Positions 26,348-30,640 of a DNA stretch of 30,640 nt are shown one piece after another. Below the pieces are notes generated by a model. That model saw only the letters and a list, made by a program, of their open reading frames with translations, had not been told where the DNA came from and did not search any database. The stretch is from an uncultured Chitinophagaceae bacterium (GTDB taxonomy: Bacteria > Bacteroidota > Bacteroidia > Chitinophagales > Chitinophagaceae). A program made the position numbers and the translations under genes. The stretch's first letter is position 1; each line of letters starts with the position of its first letter. The stretch covers positions 1 to 30,640 of the forward strand of contig CAIMKO010000182.1 in NCBI GenBank assembly GCA_903841915.1. Reading direction: 5' to 3'.

Positions 26348-27361
26348 ATGAAGCTTGTTTCTTATTTGCGTGAAGGCCATGACCAGTTGGCGTTTTTAGT
26401 GGAGGATGTTTTGTATGATTGCGATCTGCTGCATCCTGATCTACCTAATAGTATGAACATGTTTTTGCATTATTGGGAGGATATGTTTCCTATGGCCCAG
26501 CAGGTAGAGGCAGCCATTAAAAACGGGAAAATAAGCAGGGAAAAGGGTCTTGCTTTAGACGAAGTGGACTTATTAGCACCCGTTCCCTTTCCAACGAGTT
26601 TAAGAGATGCTTATGCATTCAGACAGCATGTAGAAGCAGTCAGGAGAAATCATGAAAAGCTCATGATCAGAGAGTTTGATCAATTCCCAATTTTCTATTT
26701 CAGCAATCACCATTGCATTCAGGGGCCGGGAGAAATAAGGTGCATGCCTGACCATTTTAATAAATTGGATTTTGAACTCGAAGCTGCAGTTGTGATCTGT
26801 AAACATGGCAGAAATATCCCAGCCGAAGAAGCTGATAGTTATATTGGAGGATTGATGATCATGAATGATATGAGCGCCAGGATATTGCAAGGTGAAGAGA
26901 TGCTTTTAAATCTGGGACCGGCAAAGGGAAAGGATTTCTCAACGGTGATCGGCCCTTGTTTGGTTACATTGGATGAGTTGGAAGCCTTTGAAGTTGCAGC
27001 AAAAGAAAATCATGTTGGTAAGAACTGGAATTTAAGAATGAATTGCAATGTCAATGGAGTGAAAGTAAGCGAAGGTAATTTGAGTGATATGAACTGGACA
27101 TTTGCTGAGATCATTGAAAGAAGTTCTTATGGCGTAACCTTACAACCGGGAGATTTGATCGGTAGTGGAACAGTTGGCACGGGATGTTTTTTGGAGTTAA
27201 ATGGTACCGGCAGGCTAAATGATCCTGATCATCAGCAACAGTGGTTACAGGAAGGAGATATTGTTGAAATGGAAATAGAAGGTGTTGGTAAATTAAAGAA
27301 CACAATCGTAAAAGACGAAAGCGAATTTTCTATTTTAGGAAAAAAGAAAAACTTTTCTTAA
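26348..27361 (+). CDS. Fumarylacetoacetate hydrolase family protein
   Basis: RDAYAFRQHVE, PIFYFSNH, LDFELEAA, MNDMSAR, AKGKDF, PGDLIGSGTVGTGC and WLQEGD.VE.EIEG.G.L.N. Confidence 0.92.
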   Translation: MKLVSYLREGHDQLAFLVEDVLYDCDLLHPDLPNSMNMFLHYWEDMFPMAQQVEAAIKNGKISREKGLALDEVDLLAPVPFPTSLRDAYAFRQHVEAVRRNHEKLMIREFDQFPIFYFSNHHCIQGPGEIRCMPDHFNKLDFELEAAVVICKHGRNIPAEEADSYIGGLMIMNDMSARILQGEEMLLNLGPAKGKDFSTVIGPCLVTLDELEAFEVAAKENHVGKNWNLRMNCNVNGVKVSEGNLSDMNWTFAEIIERSSYGVTLQPGDLIGSGTVGTGCFLELNGTGRLNDPDHQQQWLQEGDIVEMEIEGVGKLKNTIVKDESEFSILGKKKNFS

Positions 27362-27408
27362 AAGAAGATATAATTATACTTTATCAATCTACATGTAAAA
27401 TATTAACA

Positions 27409-28299
27409 ATGATCATAGATATCAAATCAGCAAAAATTCCGGAACGGCAGGCATGGTTGAAACATGCTGTAGCGCCTCGCCCTATAGCTTTTGCGAGCAC
27501 GATTGATAAGGAAGGAAATGTTAATCTAAGCCCTTTCAGTTTTTTCAATTTATTCTCTACGAACCCACCTATCGTGATCTTTTCTCCATCAATAAAGGCA
27601 AGAGACAAGAGTTTTAAACATACTTTATTAAATGTGATGGAAGTGCCTGAAGTAGTGATCAGTATTTGTGATTACGATATGGTACAGCAAATGAGTTTAA
27701 GTAGTTGTGAATTCCCAAAAGGTGTCGATGAATTTATAAAATCAGGGTTTACAAAAGAAAGTTCAACACTCATTAAGCCACCTATGGTTAAAGAAGCGAA
27801 GGTGAAATTGGAATGTAAAGTGAATGAAATAAAAAGTCTGGGTGAGGAAGGCGGTGCCGGGCAATTGATCATTGCTGAAATACTGTACATGCATGTAGAT
27901 GAAAGTATCCTGAATGATGAAAAGGCCATGATCGACCCATTGAAGTTTCATCAGGTAGCAAGAATGGGAGGCGATTGGTACGCTGTTGTCAATGAAAAAA
28001 ATCTATTTAAAGTAACAAAGCCAAGCACAGAAATAGCAATTGGCCTGGATGCTTTACCCGAAAGCATTCGTAGCAGCAGTATCTTGACAGGAAATAATCT
28101 GGGACAGTTGGCCAATGTTCATGACATACCGCTTGTAAATCCTTCTTTCGAGCATGAACGGCTGAAAAATATCGTGCAATATTTTTCAGTGAATCCCGCT
28201 GAAATGGAAAAAGAGTTACATATTTATGCAAAGGAATTATTAGATAAAGAAAATGTTAATGATGCCTGGCAGGTATTATTAGCAGGAGAGAATATATAA
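27409..28299 (+). CDS. Flavin reductase-like family protein (DIM6/NTAB type) with C-terminal extension
   Basis: VAPRPIAFAST, NLSPFSFFN, KHTLLN, LIKPPMVKEA..KLEC and VARMGGDWY. Confidence 0.88.
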   Translation: MIIDIKSAKIPERQAWLKHAVAPRPIAFASTIDKEGNVNLSPFSFFNLFSTNPPIVIFSPSIKARDKSFKHTLLNVMEVPEVVISICDYDMVQQMSLSSCEFPKGVDEFIKSGFTKESSTLIKPPMVKEAKVKLECKVNEIKSLGEEGGAGQLIIAEILYMHVDESILNDEKAMIDPLKFHQVARMGGDWYAVVNEKNLFKVTKPSTEIAIGLDALPESIRSSSILTGNNLGQLANVHDIPLVNPSFEHERLKNIVQYFSVNPAEMEKELHIYAKELLDKENVNDAWQVLLAGENI

Positions 28300-28356
28300 T
28301 TTATGATAATTAAAGGAACTGTATGAATTGGTACTGGGGAAATACAGTTATACAAA

Positions 28357-28390
28357 TAAAAAACAGTCCCGAAATAATTCAGGACTGTTT
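28357..28390 (-). terminator. Intrinsic terminator downstream of thx
   Basis: AAACAGTCC (28361-28369) / GGACTGTTT (28382-28390) stem with a T tract on the minus strand. Confidence 0.75.
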
Positions 28391-28414
28391 AAATATCTTA
28401 TGCTTCTTGAATGA

Positions 28415-28531
28415 TTAAGAAGCTTTTACAACCGGTTTCTTTGGTGCAGCAGCATTTGTATGCGGTCTACTTTTGCCAAATGAACCTTTAAAACGTTTTC
28501 CTTTTGCTGTTTTTTTGTCGCCTCTACCCAT
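28415..28531 (-). CDS. thx: 30S ribosomal protein THX (bTHX), 38 aa, absent from the ORF track
   Basis: Manual translation gives MGRGDKKTAKGKRFKGSFGKSRPHTNAAAPKKPVVKAS*, matching the MG(K/R)GDxKTxxGK...GS(F/Y)GxxRP Thx signature. It has an A-rich leader and its own terminator. Confidence 0.9.
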   Translation of the reverse strand: MGRGDKKTAKGKRFKGSFGKSRPHTNAAAPKKPVVKAS

Positions 28532-28566
28532 GATATTATTTTTTTAATTTTACTGTTGTGAGCGTC

Positions 28567-28610
28567 AAAAATAAAAAAGTCCTGCCAAATGGCAGGACTT
28601 TTTTATTTTT
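28567..28610. terminator. Strong intrinsic terminator after hup (symmetric, 21-bp arms)
   Basis: AAAAATAAAAAAGTCCTGCCA-AA-TGGCAGGACTTTTTTATTTTT is a perfect inverted repeat. Confidence 0.9.
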
Positions 28611-28619
28611 TGGCAAGAA

Positions 28620-28889
28620 TTAGAGTTTTCCGCTTAATTCTTTACCTGCTTTAAAACGAGCAACTTTCTTAGCTTTAATTTTAATAGCAGCACCTGTTTG
28701 TGGGTTACGACCAACGCGAGCGGCACGTTTAGATACTGAGAAAGTACCAAAACCAACTAAGGTAACTTTACCACCACCTTTTAAAGTTTTAGTAACTGCT
28801 TCTACAAAAGAATCTAATGCAGCATTTGCTTGTGTTTTTGTAACACCAGCATCTTCGGCGAGTTTCGCAATCAATTCGGCTTTGTTCAT
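28620..28889 (-). CDS. hup: DNA-binding protein HU
   Basis: MNKAELI..LAE.AG.TK, VTLVGFGTF, AARVGRNPQTG and FKAGKEL. Confidence 0.97.
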   Translation of the reverse strand: MNKAELIAKLAEDAGVTKTQANAALDSFVEAVTKTLKGGGKVTLVGFGTFSVSKRAARVGRNPQTGAAIKIKAKKVARFKAGKELSGKL

Positions 28890-28922
28890 AATTGTGTGTT
28901 TGATTAGTTATTTAACGAGGAA

Positions 28923-28952
28923 CAAATTTATCTGCTTTTGTCATTAAACAAA
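28923..28952 (-). promoter_or_regulatory. Bacteroidota sigma-A-type promoter of hup
   Basis: Minus strand TTTG(28952-28949)-N18-TAAATTTG(28930-28923). Confidence 0.65.
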
Positions 28953-29185
28953 ACTTTTTTTAATTTTTCACAAATTATTTTCCTAGGCCTAAAAGCCTTA
29001 TGAATAAAGGGTTTTAAGATTTTCAAAGGAAACAAAAATAGTAAAATTAAATTTCAATTACTCTGAAAGTTATTCTGGCAAAGGGTTTCATCGTTCTTCT
29101 TCTAGAATCCGCTTCGGGCAAGGGTTTGAAAGAAATATAGCGAAGATTTGTGATTGACAAAATTTAGTTTTAAATGTTTCCACAC

Positions 29186-29491
29186 TTAATGCACAACCTG
29201 CATTAATGAACGAAATCCGGCGAATTTATTCCCCCATGTATTCATAGCATCCTGCCTTAATGCAGGTGCAAATAGGTCAATGTATTTTTGATAATCTTCT
29301 TTTTTGTCGGCATAGTATTGTACGGCGTAAGTAAATCCATCACTTTCATCTGTTTCCAATACCTGTACAAACTGAAATTTAATAAAACAACCGGAGTTCA
29401 TTACTCGGGGAATATGCTTGCATTTCATCCATTCCACCCAAGGCTCATGGATACTTTGGTCCACTTTTGTAGTTACATTATAAATCAGCAT
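29186..29491 (-). CDS. DUF4286 family protein
   Basis: MLIYNVT, W.EWM..KHIP.V..SG.F, TYAVQY and WGNKF.GFRS.MQ.V. Start moved to ATG 29491, 2 nt after the xth stop. Confidence 0.85.
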   Translation of the reverse strand: MLIYNVTTKVDQSIHEPWVEWMKCKHIPRVMNSGCFIKFQFVQVLETDESDGFTYAVQYYADKKEDYQKYIDLFAPALRQDAMNTWGNKFAGFRSLMQVVH

Positions 29492-29493
29492 GT

Positions 29494-30264
29494 TTATAAT
29501 TTTAATTCTGCGTAAATAGGGCAATGATCGCTTTGTTTAACGTCGGGATAGATTTTTGCATCCTTCAGTTTGTCCTTTAGATTGTCTGAAATGCTGATAT
29601 AATCGATCCTCCAGCCCTTGTTTTGCAAACGAACCGTTGGAAAGCGCTGGCTCCACCAACTATAGGCACCTTTTGCTTCAGGATTGATAAAACGGAAAGT
29701 ATCAATGAAGCCATCTGCCAAAAATGCGGTCATCCATTCTCTTTCTTCCGGCAAAAAGCCGGATGAATTTTTATTGCCTTTTGGATCATGAATATCAATT
29801 TCGGTATGTGCAATATTATAATCGCCTGTAATGATGAGTTGCGGTCTTGTTTTTCTGAGAACTTTCAAATAATCATGAAATTCTTTCAGCCAAAAGTATT
29901 TGTAAGTCTGCCTTTCATCACCGCTTGTTCCTGATGGGAAATAGGCATTGATCAAAGTAATTTTTCCAAAGTCTAATCGTATCACTCTTCCTTCGAAATC
30001 GCTTTGTTCTTTTTTATGGCCGTATTCAACATTGTCGGGTTTCATTTTTGTAAATACAGCAACACCACTGTAACCTTTTTTTTGTGCAGAGAACCAATAA
30101 GTCTTAAAACCTAAATCCTCAATGCTTTTAACATCGACATCATCTTTTGAAGCCTTTGTTTCCTGAATGCAAATAATATCTGCAGGATTTGTTTGCAACC
30201 ATTCGAGCAAACCTTTTTTTATGGCAGCCCTGATGCCGTTGGTGTTGTATGAAATGATGCGCAT
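29494..30264 (-). CDS. xth: Exodeoxyribonuclease III (AP endonuclease, ExoA type)
   Basis: SYNTNGIRA, CIQETKA, GYSGVA, EGRV, NAYFPSG, GDYNIAH, SGFLPEER, YSWWS, GWRIDY and SDHCP. Confidence 0.96.
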   Translation of the reverse strand: MRIISYNTNGIRAAIKKGLLEWLQTNPADIICIQETKASKDDVDVKSIEDLGFKTYWFSAQKKGYSGVAVFTKMKPDNVEYGHKKEQSDFEGRVIRLDFGKITLINAYFPSGTSGDERQTYKYFWLKEFHDYLKVLRKTRPQLIITGDYNIAHTEIDIHDPKGNKNSSGFLPEEREWMTAFLADGFIDTFRFINPEAKGAYSWWSQRFPTVRLQNKGWRIDYISISDNLKDKLKDAKIYPDVKQSDHCPIYAELKL

Positions 30265-30400
30265 GGAATTTAGTTAAGATTTAGGATTTGAAATTATTGT
30301 TAGAATTGGCTGACTGCATAAATATATACAGTACAAGTGTGCGATGCAACATCAGCGAAATACCTGCACAAAAGGATGTAACAAAAAAACAATTAATTTT

Positions 30401-30640
30401 TTAAAAAGTGAAACCTAAATTTAAAATTAACTCATAAGTGCCGAAAGCTTGTTTGATAGTTCCCTGATTAATTCCAAGTCCGCTGTAACGTGCATAATCT
30501 ATTTTATTTGCAAACTCCAAATAAACTGTTTTATAAAAAGTGGCACGCAAAGCAGCTTCTGCGCCTATATTCCAGCCACCCACCTGAAAATGCGGGTCAT
30601 TCTTTACGCCAAACAACATATTTTCTACGTGCGGAATTAA
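30401..30640 (-). CDS. C-terminal fragment of a probable outer-membrane beta-barrel protein (5' end outside the window)
   Basis: The frame is open to the edge (LIPHVENMLFG...). Alternating hydrophobic strands and a terminal LILNLGFTF Bam-type signal ending in Phe. Confidence 0.7.
   Translation of the reverse strand, partial: LIPHVENMLFGVKNDPHFQVGGWNIGAEAALRATFYKTVYLEFANKIDYARYSGLGINQGTIKQAFGTYELILNLGFTF

Noticed and set aside
3738-30640. All other short ORFs in the track overlapping assigned genes (e.g. 6087..6368, 10754..11011, 12942..13175, 15256..15540, 16398..16679, 21043..21309, 26600..26890, 27672..27929, 30449..30640)
   Set aside because: They are alternate-frame or antisense to clearly identified CDSs, with no family motifs and no independent expression signals.
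1-30640. Mobile element, prophage or anti-phage defence island
   Set aside because: No integrase, transposase, terminal inverted repeats, tRNA attachment site, phage structural gene or recognisable defence domain. Gene content is mostly core metabolism.

Overview
A 30.6-kb stretch of ordinary core chromosome from a Bacteroidota bacterium. Chitinophagaceae-like is my inference from gene content, TAnnTTTG-type -7 promoter boxes, A-rich leaders without Shine-Dalgarno sites and strong GATC enrichment. I found no integrase, transposase, phage gene, tRNA/rRNA or CRISPR array. Gene order: M28 peptidase (5'-truncated), GH97 alpha-glucosidase, a secreted hypothetical protein, and a deoxyhypusine-synthase-like enzyme divergent from a GT2/GT87/deacetylase operon. 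Then a small secreted protein, an sdpR-sdpI-alpha/beta-hydrolase-acpH run with a perfect operator palindrome, a cystathionine gamma-synthase/lyase with a 3-TM CBU_0592-like protein, gdhA, a tolC-macA-ATPase-permease efflux operon and a GH3 beta-glucosidase. Then a TIGR02757 protein, an 11-bp tandem repeat, a membrane protein/XRE bicistron, a GH9-CE4 fusion, an FAH/flavin-reductase pair, a 38-aa ribosomal protein THX gene missed by the ORF track, HU, DUF4286, xth and the C-terminus of a probable outer-membrane beta-barrel. The best candidates for uncharacterised systems are: (1) the GT2-GT87-cytoplasmic deacetylase operon, which has ArnC/ArnD/ArnT logic and may add an amino sugar to an envelope lipid; (2) the GH9-CE4 fusion; (3) the toxin-less SdpRI module coupled to a secreted serine hydrolase; (4) several non-coding signals, namely a phased 11-bp array and an AAGGGTTT cluster upstream of hup. 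All family assignments come from motif recognition by eye; no database search was run.
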